NCBI GenBank assembly: GCA_002269645.1
Contig: NIVC01003730.1
Coordinates: 15,945 to 79,944, forward strand
Direction: 5' to 3'
DNA: 64,000 nucleotides
Origin: Macrostomum lignano
Taxonomy: Eukaryota
The notes beneath the pieces are model-generated. The model was not told where the DNA came from. It was given only the letters and a program-made list of their open reading frames with translations, and searched no databases. Shown here piece after piece: positions 37,687 through 50,775 of the stretch. How positions within the stretch are numbered: the stretch's first letter is position 1; the number at the start of each line of letters is the position of its first letter. The translations under genes were made by a program, and so were the position numbers.

Positions 37687-38068
37687 TCTAGTGTAGAGCG
37701 TCCTAATACTTTAGTGGTCCATGTACCACATACATTTTTATGTACACATACGCCGTCTCTTATGTATTACATAATTACTATTCCACATGGCATTTCCTAT
37801 GATCATGCGGTGGTAAATGTAGTTTTACTTCATTTTATGAATCTCAACTGACTTAAGCCTTACTACCTATCTGCAAAAAATTCTCGACAACTCCCAAAAC
37901 AGCAAAACCGCTTTTAAGTGGGTCTACGGCATCAGCCCGCAGCTAGGAAGATTCCCAAATTCTTGTTTAGACCAATTTTATTGGCCTGCATAATGATGAG
38001 TCATAGCAATCGAGAAACGGTGATTACATTATTATCTAGTACCAAGTCTAAATACTATTAAGTCCATC

Positions 38069-39252
38069 CAGGGACTACTCAATTCTCGGGACGGGAAACG
38101 GCCAAATCATGCAGAAAAAAGATGGAGGCCGATTTTCTCTGTTCTCTGCTGATCTTATGTTTTATCGCAAGAGCTTCAGCTTTTCACTATGTACACAAAA
38201 TTTATCCCTCTTCAACTTCCTGTAGCCTGTTTCTACTCAAATAATTTCGGATAAATGCTAGGAGACATTTTATACAGTACCCCTTTAATACACAAACTTG
38301 TATTCCCGTGGAAAGCTAGCGCATCCACCAGAATGGCTTTTCCAATTCTCGCGCCTTTGTTATGCTAGCTTCACATCATATTCACCAAGCTGTGCAACCC
38401 GTGTGCATCAGATATTCAATGCTATCGCCGAATATTTCTTTCCAGACAAGGACATTCATACAACTTCGGTGACTCGTCGCCTATCAAACTGCTTTTTCAA
38501 AGGACTTGTGCGAAACTGCAAAACTGCAGAACAAACACCAGACGCAAGTGATCGTAAAATCACAAAGCTACGCAGTTCGTCTCGTTTATAAGCGCGATTG
38601 ATACCGACTGAGACTACTGGGTTACAAATTCGATTTGTCGCATTGCTTATATTTGCTTACTACTATTGGGATACTTTGTTATGCTTACTTTGTTTGTTCT
38701 GGTTCATGTGCGTTTTGAACTTGCTTGTGGTTCTCTTGCCTTTTGCTCTTATCGTGTTTATTGTTCTTTATATGCTTGTTGTGAATGTTGTGTTTCTTGT
38801 ACTTATGCATTTGGTGTTGTTGAATAATTCTAGTGCACAATAGTGTGTATTCTAGCGCGATCGTTCTCCAAATCTTGGTATACATGTATTGACTATATAC
38901 AACAGTTTTGTTAATCTTATATCTTATGTTGAATAACTTCTCGTATAATACAAGCTTTCACTTCTTGCTTCAATGTTTTCCATAGACTTCTACAAAAGAT
39001 GCACTTGGCTTATCAAGCATCGAGTTTGTGTATTAAAGGGGTACTGTATAAAATGTCTCCTAGCATTTATCCGAAATTATTTGAGTAGAAACAGGCTACA
39101 GGAAGTTGAAGAGGGATAAATTTTGTGTACATAGTGAAAAGCTGAAGCTCTTGCGATAAAACATAAGATCAGCAGAGAACAGAGAAAATCGGCCTCCATC
39201 TTTTTTCTGCATGATTTGGCCGTTTCCCGTCCCGAGAATTGAGTAGTCCCTG
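38069..39252 (+). mobile_element. Internally deleted P-element-like DNA transposon with 230-bp TIRs and a transposase C-terminal remnant (38298-38591)
   Basis: Apparently perfect TIRs 38069-38298 / 39023-39252 starting CAGGGACTACTC; 8-bp TSD AGTCCATC (38061-38068, 39253-39260); remnant 'YSRGKLAHP...RKITKL' resembles the SRGGL..P motif of P/THAP9-type transposase tails. Confidence 0.8.
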
Positions 39253-39302
39253 AGTCCATCTTGGTCTAATGCCTATACTGTGGTTATTTGGACAGCCAAA
39301 TG

Positions 39303-39405
39303 TCTGCGGGCTAATGACCTGCGGGCTAATGACCAGCGGGCTAATTACCTGTGGGCTAATGACCTGCGGGCTAATGACCTGCGGGCTAATGACCTGCGGA
39401 CTAAT
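39303..39405. repeat. 15-bp tandem repeat (GGGCTAATGACCTGC), ~6-7 copies
   Basis: Directly visible. Confidence 0.9.
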
Positions 39406-40204
39406 AATTTCGTGTCAAAACAGGCTTTTTGCTTGTTACTACTTAAATAAATTTGTAAAACTCGGAGGAGTTTTGTTAATTGGGGGAGTTAAGGAGTCAA
39501 GGAGTTAAGGGCTAACCTCATTGATAATTAGTTGCACTGATGAAAAAAACTGTTAATGTGACAAGCAGACTTATTAGATTAATCAACAAGAATCGTGTTG
39601 AAATAAATATAAAAAGTCCAGTCAATTGGATAAATTAGGCATTATAATTTATTATTGAAATAAGCAATTCAGAGCGATCGGTTTAAACAGGCATTTCAGT
39701 TAGCAATAGGTGAAATCATATATTGAGTAAATGAGAGCAGTGAGTGTTTGCCGACTTTGCGAATGCATGCACGAGATGTAATGGGTGTCACACGCAGCGG
39801 AAAGATCATTGAGCAGCGACCGGCGACAGCCACCGCTTCTCGGGCTACCCGGCGCCAGGCAAAAATGCTTTTAATTTTTATCGAGGCACAAAGTATTCTA
39901 AATATTAGCAACAATCGCTACTGTAAGCGGTACGTGCGGAATTTATACGAAATGAAATTCAATGGGTAGTTTACTAATTAGAAAAACAAAGGAGATTTTC
40001 AAGGCATTAGTGCCAAGTTATTTAGCAGCTATAGAAAATTGCACCTTGTAACAGCTTCAAATAAAACTCAGATGAGCAAAACCAATTAGTTAATTTCTTG
40101 GCTTTCGGCAATATTGATTCAATAATACGCTTTAGGCTATGCTAAATGAGAAGATTATCTTAATTTAAGCTTGTATGAAGTCGAATTCTAGTGCACACGT
40201 TCAA

Positions 40205-40625
40205 AGGCAGAGGATGTACATTGGGGAGAGGGGCTGGCAGCGGATGTACATTGGGGAGAGGGATGTACATTGGGGAGAGGGGTTGGCAGCGGATTTACAT
40301 TGGGGAGAGGGGTTGGCAGCGGATGTACATTGGGGATGGCAGCGGATGTACATTGGGGATGGCAGCGGATGTACATTGGGGAGAGGGGTTGGCAGCGGAT
40401 GTACATTGGGGAGAGGGGTTGGCAGCGGATATACATTGGGGAGAGGGGTTGGCAGCGGATGTACATTGGGGAGAGGGGTTGGCAGCGGATGTACATTTGA
40501 GAGAGGGGCTGGCAGCGGATGTACATTGGGGAAGAGGGACTGGCAGTTATGTACATTGGGGAGAGGGGCTGGCAGCGGATGTATATTGGGGAAGAGGAAC
40601 TGGCAGTGATGTACATTGGGGAGAG
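40205..40625. repeat. 30-bp minisatellite (GGATGTACATTGGGGAGAGGGGTTGGCAGC)
   Basis: Period 30 in 40381-40500. Confidence 0.94.
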
Positions 40626-40819
40626 GCTTGCGGGTATTAGGATTCAAAAACAGAAGACACTATCGAACTTCGAGTAGGGAGGCTATTGTAAAACGTTAAG
40701 AGCACTGCATTCGAATTCCGAGAGCAGTCAGAGACCTTTAGGTGGGAAAATTAAATCAACGATATTACTTGAGTAGTTGAGTAAGTTTTTTCTAGTTTGG
40801 GCCAGGTGCGAATGCTAAT

Positions 40820-43030
40820 TTATCGGTGCTTAGCCTGATGAGCCAGCTGCTGCTGCTTAACAATGGCCGAGGCGGACAACTGCGGATTCGAGCCCAGGAC
40901 TACCGGAGCAGCCAACTGTTGCTGCAACAAACTCTGTTGATTAAGATGATGCTGATGCTGCATCAGAGAGTGATGATGATGCTGCCTCTGCTGCTGCTGG
41001 GGAAGCTGGGCCTGCATAGCGACCCGGTGCTGGGCCAGCCGAGCCCGGCAGTGAGCGCCGATGCCGGACATCGGGGCCAGGGTGCGCCTGCGGGCCCAGC
41101 CCAACAGGGCCAGGCCGCTACCAGCGCCGCCATCAGCTGTGGAGCAGCCTGCCGCAGAAGTCGCAGCCGAGGCAGCCCGACCGCCGCCGCGTCGAATCAG
41201 CAGAAGAGGCTGCGGCGCGCCGAGACAGCGAAACTGAGCGCCAGCGACGGCCTCCGCAGGCTGCTGCTGGTCGGTGGGCAGCGGCACCGGAGTGGGCGCG
41301 GGCGTGGGGAATTCCAAGAAATCCTCGTCAGACGAGTACGCCTCCGGATTAGCCGGTGGAGGCGGCGATGAGGAGGAGGAAGCGGCGGACGAGCACAGGG
41401 CGGTGGCAGTGGGGATGAGCACAACTGGCTGCTGCCGGAAGAACATCTGCAGCGCCGGCTGAGTTTGCTGGTGCTGGTGGTTCAGCAGCTGCGGCGAGCT
41501 GCTCACTGCTGGCAGCGGGCCCGCGGCTGCCGACACCGGCGCGCCGGGTGGAGCCACGGCGGGCGGCTGTCCGGATTTGAGGCTCCGGCTGGCCTGCAGC
41601 AGGGCATCGAACGGGCGGGTCCTGCCGGGCACTGCGCGCCGGTCTCGCAGGCTGTGCTTCTTGCAGGTCAGGGAGCGGACGCAGCGCTGGCCGGAGTCGG
41701 TGACTACGCCGCAGTGATTGTCCGGGTCAAAGGCGCGGTCTCGGAGCGGCAGGATGCGCGTTTTGGTGCCGCCGCTTTGCCCGCTGTTGCTGCTGGTGTG
41801 GCTGGGCTGATGCATCAGCGGCTGGCTTGAGGCCACGCCGCCAAGAGGCGACATCGCCACGGCGGTTGTGGGTGTCGCCGCACCGCCTTGCTGACCGTGG
41901 CGATGCTGCTGATAGCCAGACGAAGCCAAACTCACCAGCGCAGCGGCGCCAGCAGCAACGGCCGATGCGGATTCGTCCTCTTCGCGGATTCGAACCACCG
42001 GAACCGCATCCTCTTCCGGTTCGAGCGATACGCTGACGGGAGCCTCCTCGAGCAGGCCAGGCAGCCGCGGGGTCTACGAGAGAGCGGGAGGGCGATTCTT
42101 TAAACTGGGCTGTGGGCGATTCTTTAAACTGGGCTGCAGGGCGATTCTTTAAACTGGGCTGCAGGGCGATTCTTTAAACTGGGCTGCAGGGCGATTCTTT
42201 AAACTGGGCTGTAGGGCGATTCTTTAAACTGGGCTGCAGGGCGATTCTTTCCAAACTTTAATCTAAGAGATTATCAGAGCCAGTTAAGGACCAGGTGAGT
42301 TATATGAGAATCAGGAGACAACTCAGCTACACAACAGCCAGCTCAATACACAGGACAGGTAAGACAGGAAAGCAACCTGGGAGTCCTCCGCAGCCATCGG
42401 GCTGGCCCAGATTCCTCCGCTGCTGCTGCCGCGCCCGTTGCCAACCTCAGCATCTTCATCATCGTCCGCCGCCTCCTCGTCATCCTCGGCCACCTCCGCG
42501 TCTTCCTGCTCGTCATCTTCATCTTCGACTGCGGTTGTCGCCGACGCCACGGAAGTTGGCGCTGTGGTGCCGCCCTGCAGAGCGGAGGCCAAGTGGCCAG
42601 CGGCGGCGCCGCCAGCCCTGCTAGGAGTCGATGGCGGACTCGTCAGCATCAGCGGCGAAGTTGACAGCAGCGCCGCCTGGGTCAGCGTGGGCGAATCTGC
42701 CATCATGGCAGCTGCCGCCGCCGCCGCGGCTGCCGCAGCAGTGGCGTCGCGTTTCCCGCGGACTTTCCTTCGGCCTTTGCTGTGCGCGCTGTCCAGGTGC
42801 CTGAGCAGGGTGATGAGGCTGGGGAATCTCAGCGAGCATAGGCGACAATCGTGAGCAACAAAATCTCTGCTCAACGGAGTCTGGCTGAGCAGCGGCATCA
42901 GGTCGGACTGGAGCAGCGGCACGTCTGGACTGCTGGGCTCCGGGTTGGATGGGCATCGAAGCTGGCCACTGCGCTGGGCTTGGCCGATGGCCGACACCTC
43001 GCCCTGGAGCCAGCTGCTCCAGTCTGCCAT
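40820..43030 (-). CDS. ATXN7: Ataxin-7-family SAGA deubiquitinase-module subunit, ~635 aa. Exons 43030-42377 and 42073-40820.
   Basis: N-terminal ZnF 'DLMPLLSQTPLSRDFVAHDCRLC...LLRHLDSAH' and SCA7 domain 'FDPDNHCGVV...CVRSLTCKKHSLRDRRAVPGRTRPFDALL'. Phase-0 GT-AG intron is consistent. May be an ATXN7L paralog type. Confidence 0.85.
42090..42250. repeat. 25-bp tandem repeat in the ATXN7-like intron
   Basis: Period 25 (42121, 42146). Confidence 0.93.
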
Positions 43031-43735
43031 GCTGCTTCGGCCTCTTGTAGTGGATTGTTGCTATGCACTTTGGCTTTGAATGCTGGTGCAACTGCAAGTC
43101 TGCAATGGACTGCTAGGTTTCAGTGTTGCACTGCGGCTGATTTCATTTGGGGCCAACTAATAGCAGTAAAAGGGCAATAAATTTTTTTAATTGGATAGGA
43201 AATCACTTTGAATTATATTATTACAATGAATGTATTGTATTGCTGAATGTATTAAATATGTATATACTTATATTGTATTGCTGAATGTATTAAATATGTA
43301 TATACTTATATGTAGACTAATACTAAATAATGAATGATACAATTGATATGAAATATATGATATATTTAATCATACATGTGTGATATACACCACCCAATCC
43401 ATTTGGCCAACATGGATCACTGAAGAGAGGAGAAATGCAATTAGAAAAGGAAAAAAATAAAATAAAAAAGTTACAATTAGAACCAACAAAGCTTTTATTT
43501 TTGTTAAAACTATAAGCTTGAATTTTCACAATTAATGTTAATTTAAAAAGCTATATAAGTATATATTTGCTATACAAAAATAAAAAGAATAATATTATTA
43601 GCTAAATAGGCCCTAACAGATATAGATAATTTTAAAGAATTCTTAAATAGTCCACTTTTGATATTTAGAACCTTACTACTTAAAATGCTTTAGGATTTAA
43701 TGTAGATAACTTAGAAATTTTTTTATTTATTAGAA

Positions 43736-44536
43736 ATATATATGGCTCATTCCATATAAGCATGGTCGTAACATGACAGGTTATTTTTACTTATAAAATG
43801 AAATCTAATAATAGAATATACTAAACCAATATTTTAAATGAAAGATTATTTTGTCTAGAATATATTTATAGAGTTTCATATAGATATCATCATTAGTATA
43901 GATGCTATTAAACCTTAAATGACACTTATGGTCGTAACGACAGGATTTTTGACATATAGAAACTAAAAGGTAAAAGTCTTATAACATTTTTCATTTTTGA
44001 TATTTTGCAATACATTTTTAAAATTTGACTAAGAACATCTTTAGAAATCATACTCTTTTATTAGAATATATAAACTCAAAAGGCAACAAAGATACAAAAG
44101 AAAAGGCAGCCTTATGGTCGTAACATTATGGTCGTAACATATTTTTTTCTGTCAATTCAGTAACTTTGAGGTACTAATACATTAAAAATATAATAGATTA
44201 TTTGGTCACCAATGCTTTTATCTGATGATGCAAGTACTATACTTTTATCTATAGTTTGTTTCAACCTTCAAAAGCTTTCTATTTGTTTTTAAAAGGTACA
44301 AAATCTTAATGATGTCTTTTGCTTTGAAAAATGTCCAAATTTTTACAAAAATGACTTTTTGCCAATTGATAACATACTAATCCAATATTTTACCATTCCT
44401 TTATTCTTAGATTGTATATATTGCACAATATAAACATTTGGTAAAAAATAGGCTAATTAGGCAATGGCAAGCAAAAATATTGACTTTTTTCTATTTTCCA
44501 AATATGTCCATCTTATATGGAATGAGCCATATATAT
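43736..44536. mobile_element. AT-rich TIR element (~800 bp), superfamily unassigned
   Basis: 25-bp inverted repeats ATATATATGGCTCATTCCATATAAG (43736-43760) / CTTATATGGAATGAGCCATATATAT (44512-44536); internal repeated ATGGTCGTAAC. Confidence 0.6.
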
Positions 44537-46438
44537 ATATAGGCTAGATAGATAATTGGTCTATTGTCTAAATAAGACAAAAATTAAATTATGCATACCT
44601 ATCAATTAATATACTTATTATCAAAATTTTATTTTATTTTATTGTAGCAACAAAAGTTAAAAGGCTAAAAAAATTATCTCTAGGCTAATAGTTCTAGTAA
44701 GTACTAGTAGTTAGGCCTTAATTGATTGAAACAAAAAAATTATAAAGCAAATCAACATACATAGCCTTGGTTTAAGCCGAATGCTTGGCTTAAAAAACTT
44801 ATAATGGCATATAATACTAGGCTATATAGGCACATAAGATATTTTTCAACTAGATATAGGTAGGCATAGGTCTAAAAATTGAAAACCATGATCAGCTGAT
44901 CAATAAATCAAAATTAAACAAGAAAAATTTTCGATGCAAAAATTCAAGGACTAGGGTCTAGCCCCAGGGCCTAGACTAGACCTAAGCTGATAGACCCTTT
45001 CCCTCGGGCCTCGGCCTAACTAACCTACAGAAGCCTTTAGACCCTAATCCTCTTCTACTAGACTAAGAATTGGCAATACAGGCCGACCCTAAAAATAATT
45101 TAGTATGGGCCTAAATAATGTCCATAAACCATAATGCATAGTGTGGAACCTAGCTAATGAAAAAAGCAATGAATATAGAATGTAACATTCCGATCAGGAG
45201 CATAATGATGTTGTGGCATCGGCATGACAAATGGGATTATTGTTCAAGGATGCAGTTTGCAGAAGCTGTACTCGCAAACCGTTTTCTAAGAAAAATATTC
45301 ACGATGTACCGAACCGAGGTTGAAGTTCCTGAAGAATCACTTTAGTTAACTTTATAATAATTTATCATGAACAAGAACATTATCAAAAATCTTCAGCTGA
45401 GCCATCATGCAGCTACATCTATCTAGCATTTTTGTCATGAGTTTATAGTATATAGCTATACGAGAGTATATCTCGTACATACGAGCGTAGCGTTGCTATG
45501 GTTCCATGGCAACTGGGTCCATGGGTCCATGCCTGGAAAAAATTTTCCAGGTCCATGAGGTTGGTGCAGTGGCGCCCCGCACTTTGCTCTAGTTCAGAAA
45601 TTGTGGGAGGGCTAAATTTGAGTCCGATCGAGAGACTACAATTATCAGTATTCAACCACAGCAGCAAAAAGGATTTGTATAGGTCTGAACCTGCACATGC
45701 ATGTACATGCATGTGGCCGTGGGCATACATATACAGCACATGCAAAAATGCCAAGCGAAGCGACCTAGTTAATGCCGAACATACGGCCTTGCAAACCTAG
45801 CAGCGTCCTGTGAAACATTCTGGGATGCAAGTGTAGGCCGCATAACAGTATATATAGTGGCCCGAATGTGAACCGAAGACTAAATTGGTTGAGGATATAA
45901 TCTGGGAGTTACGCTATTTACATGTATATGTACAGTGTATAAGGCTAGATCCGGTAGTACAGGTGGCTCGGCAGCGTCTGCGTCAAGCTTGGCAAAGATA
46001 GGAGGTGGACTGTGGAGTGAAGCCGAGGCCACGTACTCAAAATGAAGTGTGGACTCCTGGTACTGCGCACGCACTGTGGCCTGGTACATGTACATTACGA
46101 GTACACTCAAAGTGTGGCGCCACTACATCATGTCTTAAATAAAATGGCGCCCTACAAAAGACGCTTTCCCCGATAAAAAACTCCGGCTACGCCCAATGGA
46201 GCACCGTGAATGGTCCATCTGACTGTCGTTTCTGGTGGCCCTAATATTACCAGCCGAAACGTCAAACGCCTGAATATATGAGCTGTGTGAGTTATTTTTC
46301 TAAATTTACTTAAGCACTTATAATGCATAGTAGGCAGAAATTCCGCCTCCCAGCGTGGAAATCACACGTTCGCCCAGCACGACAGCTGAGGTTGGCCTGG
46401 CCCTCGCGACGTAGCAATGCCCAGATGGTCCATGGCGC

Positions 46439-46508
46439 GGCGAGGACTTTGATCATTGTCTGGTTGATGCAGGAGTTCAAGCGCAAGTACCGCAAGGACA
46501 TGAGCAGC
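46439..46508 (+). pseudogene. Decayed HSP70 fragment
   Basis: GEDFDHCLV, then a frameshift to MQEFKRKYRKDMSS, matching the HSP70 ATPase-domain segment GGEDFDNRLV..F..EFKRK.KKD.S. Flanks do not continue the match. Confidence 0.6.
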
Positions 46509-46538
46509 ACGGCCGGTCTGGATGATCGGGGTTGCTGC

Positions 46539-46875
46539 CAGGGGCGTCGCCATGGATTTTATGGTGGGGGAGGACAAACCCAAGAATTCTACATGTACAT
46601 GTACATGACTAAATTCCTACATGTACATTATTTTCAGAAATCGGTGTTGTCAGCACCCATTTTACCGCCGCAGGCACTCATTTTGGTACTGCAGACAGGC
46701 ACTCATTTTAGCGCCGCAGGCGCTATGTTATGTCGCCCTTTCAGCAAAATTATTGATTTCCAAAACGGGTCACAAGGTGGGGTGGGGGGACAAAGCATTG
46801 GCATGTTCTTCCATATCTTTTACTGATGTCCCTCCCCTGATGGACATGTCTCCCCCGCCGGTGGCGACGCCCCTG
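46539..46875. mobile_element. MITE (337 bp) with TIR CAGGGGCGTCGCCA
   Basis: TIR CAGGGGCGTCGCCA...TGGCGACGCCCCTG; 8-bp TSD GTTGCTGC (46531-46538, 46876-46883). Confidence 0.88.
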
Positions 46876-48114
46876 GTTGCTGCCATTAGCTCTGTTGGTT
46901 CTGCGAGCAGCTCAGGTTGGTCTCCAACTGCAACAAAGTGAATCCAGTGTTTTCCGGAGACTCAACCTCAAGAAGGAACAGCATCTCACTTGATTCCCAA
47001 TCTAGATGAGTCAAGGACAACCCCTTACTCTGGAGGATCTCCTGTTGCAGATGTTTTACACCGCGAAAAAGAATTATTTTTCAATAAAAATCTGCTAAAG
47101 CAGCTGAAGTCTAGACTGGAACCGTTTCTGGCAGTCATGGTCCTGTACAAGTACATGTAGAAGAGCAATATGGCTGTCTTGGTAAGCCCTACCGGTGCTC
47201 TCAATGGAAAGTTTTTTAAGAGACTCTTAAAGGGCCTGCGTCTTCATACGTGTACAAGCGGCTGCTTCCGGATTCTTGCTCCCTATAACAAAAATCCTTG
47301 CCTATAATTGATATTCCATTAGGCTCGAATTCTGCCGCAACAAACGTAAACAAAAAGTTTTCTCGCTTTAAAAGTGAGTTGCATCATACTACTCTTGAAA
47401 TTAACAGTGATTAGTGGATGGGCTGCTTGCTAGTCTTTTTGTGAAAAGCAAATGAAAATCTCAACTCAAGCTGCTGAACTGGTGTCTCAAATATCTTATA
47501 AGTAGTCCTTCCTTCCATCTTTCCATTTTTCGAGCAGATTAACAATTCTCTAGCTGAGTCTGAAAAGCGCGACTTTCTGAAAGAAGATATTTGAGAACAA
47601 GCCCTACGAAAGAATTCAAAGTAGCTGTATATTTGTTTCTCACATCGGAGCACGCTAAAGAAAACTAAAGCCGCTAAAGAGGCTTAACGAATTCTCAACA
47701 AAAAGCTGAATTATCCAAAGTCAGGGACTGCATTTGTGATGGGAGAATTTCTACAATTTTAGAATAACCGTTTCTGCAATTTAAAACTTGTTCAATTACA
47801 CATTCTTACAGAATTTAAAATTGTCAGGACAATTAGCCCAAGGACAATATTGCATGATAGAAAATTAAGTCTTGGTCTCCCAGAACGTCGATTGTACATT
47901 GTCCATGCCTTGTCTGTCAATAAATCAGTAAAAACCTTCAACAGAGCCAATTTCTATAACCACAACACATCAATCAATGTTTTTGATCCCTTATATTGTT
48001 CTATTTCTATGTGTCATACTCGTAGAAATAGAAGAAAATGGACAAAGCACTTGCTTTGAGGAATACAACTCTAATTTCTAGTATTGAATACAAATAAATA
48101 CGAGAATTATCGTA

Positions 48115-48195
48115 CTGGCAAACGTCGGCTGGAGAATGTCGGCTGGCAAACGTCGGCTGGAGAATGTCGGCTGGCAAACGTCGGCTGGCAAACGG
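48115..48195. repeat. Short tandem repeat of GGCAAACGTCGGCT / GGAGAATGTCGGCT units
   Basis: Directly visible. Confidence 0.8.
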
Positions 48196-48893
48196 AGGTA
48201 TCCAACTGAAATAGAGATTTGATCGTTAAAAATATGAATCGGAATTTTTAGTTTCTTGACTTACTTGACGAAACTAAACTAACGATTTGAGGTTCAAGGG
48301 TATAAGAACTAGGGTTTAAGATAGGGTTTAGGCATGTTTTGGTTAGGGTTGGGTTTTAGGATAGGGTTAGGGTTTAGGTTAGGTTTGGAAGTTAATTTGT
48401 GGTAATCCGTAAACCCTTCAGTTTTTCAAAATAATTGAACACAAAAACACTGATGAGTACCGTATGGCATTGATTATGATTTTTGCGGCGCTTCTCGCGA
48501 CCCCTTCCCAGGTAAAAGCCCTATCTACATCATCACTGATTTGGAAGACAACAAAATCTGGGTCTTTACATGTAGTTACATGTACTTGTAGAAACGTTTT
48601 TGACACCGGGTGAGAGTAGGTTCAGACGTTGGAAGATTGTGAGCAGTAGGCTGAAGTAGGCCTTAAGAAATTCCAGCGCATCGGCTTCTTGCCTTAAATT
48701 TTGATTGGCCGCTTTCGATTGGGGCACCATCACCCGATTGGCTGGACTCTGCGTGGTGGCTTCCCATTTTTGCCGGACTACAAGTAATCCTTAGAGTTAT
48801 TTAACGACAGAAAAAATTACTTTGCCTTCAGCCAGCCACAAGGAATCATTCAATCCTAAAATATTCGGTAAGTGCACCGCAAAGTCCGTACAA

Positions 48894-50065
48894 GTGAGAT
48901 TTCCAAGCCATACTGCTTCCTACCATAGCACAGGGTGAGATTTCCAAGCCATACTGCTTCCTACCATAGCACAGGGTGAGATTTCAAAGCCATACTGCTT
49001 CCTACCATAGCACAGGTGAGATTTCCAAGCCATACTGCTTCCTACCATAGCACAGGGTGAGATTTCAAAGCCATACTGCTTCCTACCATAGCACAGGGTG
49101 AGATTTCAAAGCCATACTGCTTCCTACCATAGCACAGGTGAGATTTCCAAGCCATACTGCTTCCTACCATAGCACAGGTGAGATTTCCAAGCCATACTGC
49201 TTCCTACCATAGCACAGGGTGAGATTTCAAAGCCATACTGCTTCCTACCATAGCACAGGGTGAGATTTCCAAGCCATACTGCTTCCTACCATAGCACAGG
49301 TGAGATTTCCAAGCCATACTGCTTCCTACCATAGCACAGGGTGAGATTTCAAAGCCATACTGCTTCCTACCATAGCACAGGGTGAGATTTCCAAGCCATA
49401 CTGCTTCCTACCATAGCACAGGGTGAGATTTCCAAGCCATACTGCTTCCTACCATAGCACAGGGTGAGATTTCAAAGCCATACTGCTTCCTACCATAGCA
49501 CAGGTGAGATTTCCAAGCCATACTGCTTCCTACCATAGCACAGGTGAGATTTCCAAGCCATACTGCTTCCTACCATAGCACAGGGTGAGATTTCAAAGCC
49601 ATACTGCTTCCTACCATAGCACAGGGTGAGATTTCCAAGCCATACTGCTTCCTACCATAGCACAGGTGAGATTTCCAAGCCATACTGCTTCCTACCATAG
49701 CACAGGGTGAGATTTCAAAGCCATACTGCTTCCTACCATAGCACAGGGTGAGATTTCCAAGCCATACTGCTTCCTACCATAGCACAGGTGAGATTTCCAA
49801 GCCATACTGCTTCCTACCATAGCACAGGGTGAGATTTCAAAGCCATACTGCTTCCTACCATAGCACAGGGTGAGATTTCCAAGCCATACTGCTTCCTACC
49901 ATAGCACAGGTGAGATTTCCAAGCCATACTGCTTCCTACCATAGCACAGGGTGAGATTTCCAAGCCATACTGCTTCCTACCATAGCACAGGGTGAGATTT
50001 CCAAGCCATACTGCTTCCTACCATAGCACAGGTGAGATTTCCAAGCCATACTGCTTCCTACATAG
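48894..50065. repeat. 40/41-bp minisatellite (GAGATTTCCAAGCCATACTGCTTCCTACCATAGCACAGG[G]T), ~29 copies
   Basis: Period 41 (48901, 48942), with 40-bp and TTTCAAAG variants. Confidence 0.97.
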
Positions 50066-50775
50066 AACGACGTGAGACTCCAAGGTCTCTGTTAACCGGG
50101 GCAAGCATATTGAATAATTTTTAAAAACCCTACCTCTGATGGCCTTTAAATGGGGACTACTTCAGTATAAAACAAAGGGAGTTCGTCAATGCTTACAAAG
50201 AAAATGATTTTAAGTTTGTTTCTTTAAAGAAGAAGAAAATACGAAGAGTATTTAAGCATTCTATAGCGTAAAATGCATGCTCAAAAGTTTTTTCTCACAC
50301 AATTGATCATTCAGTTTTGTAGGAAATTCAATCTAACAAAAAGCAGACAAAAGACCCCCCACGCGGTTTGCCAACGTTTACCAGCTTTAGATTTGTTTTG
50401 CAAATTCCTCAAACTCTGAGCATCTCTTTGTGAAATTTCATACGCCAGCTATCAAGAAAGCTTGCAAGACAACTGGAATTCTCTGTGTGTGCTTGCTGAT
50501 AGCGCTAGCCACAGCCTTGGGCACGAGAAAAAAGGTCGATTTTGTGACTCTGCAGCCCAAGACACCTTTCAATGACCGATATCAAGACTGACGGGGGTAC
50601 AGAAAACAGGTTGAAGAAGCAGAAGTTGCTTTGCTAGTTAGAAATCCGATCTTCGAATAAAGATTGCTCCCAACCCGATAACAAACGGGATTCTTCATGT
50701 GTGATCGAAGTCGCATTGAACCGTTTTATCCTCTCTTTAACTTTCAGACTGATAATAAAGGATCTCACTGCGCCT

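Noticed and set aside
48445-48480. Hammerhead ribozyme core CTGATGAG (other CTGATGA hits also checked)
   Set aside because: No stem II followed by GAAA and no closing stems.
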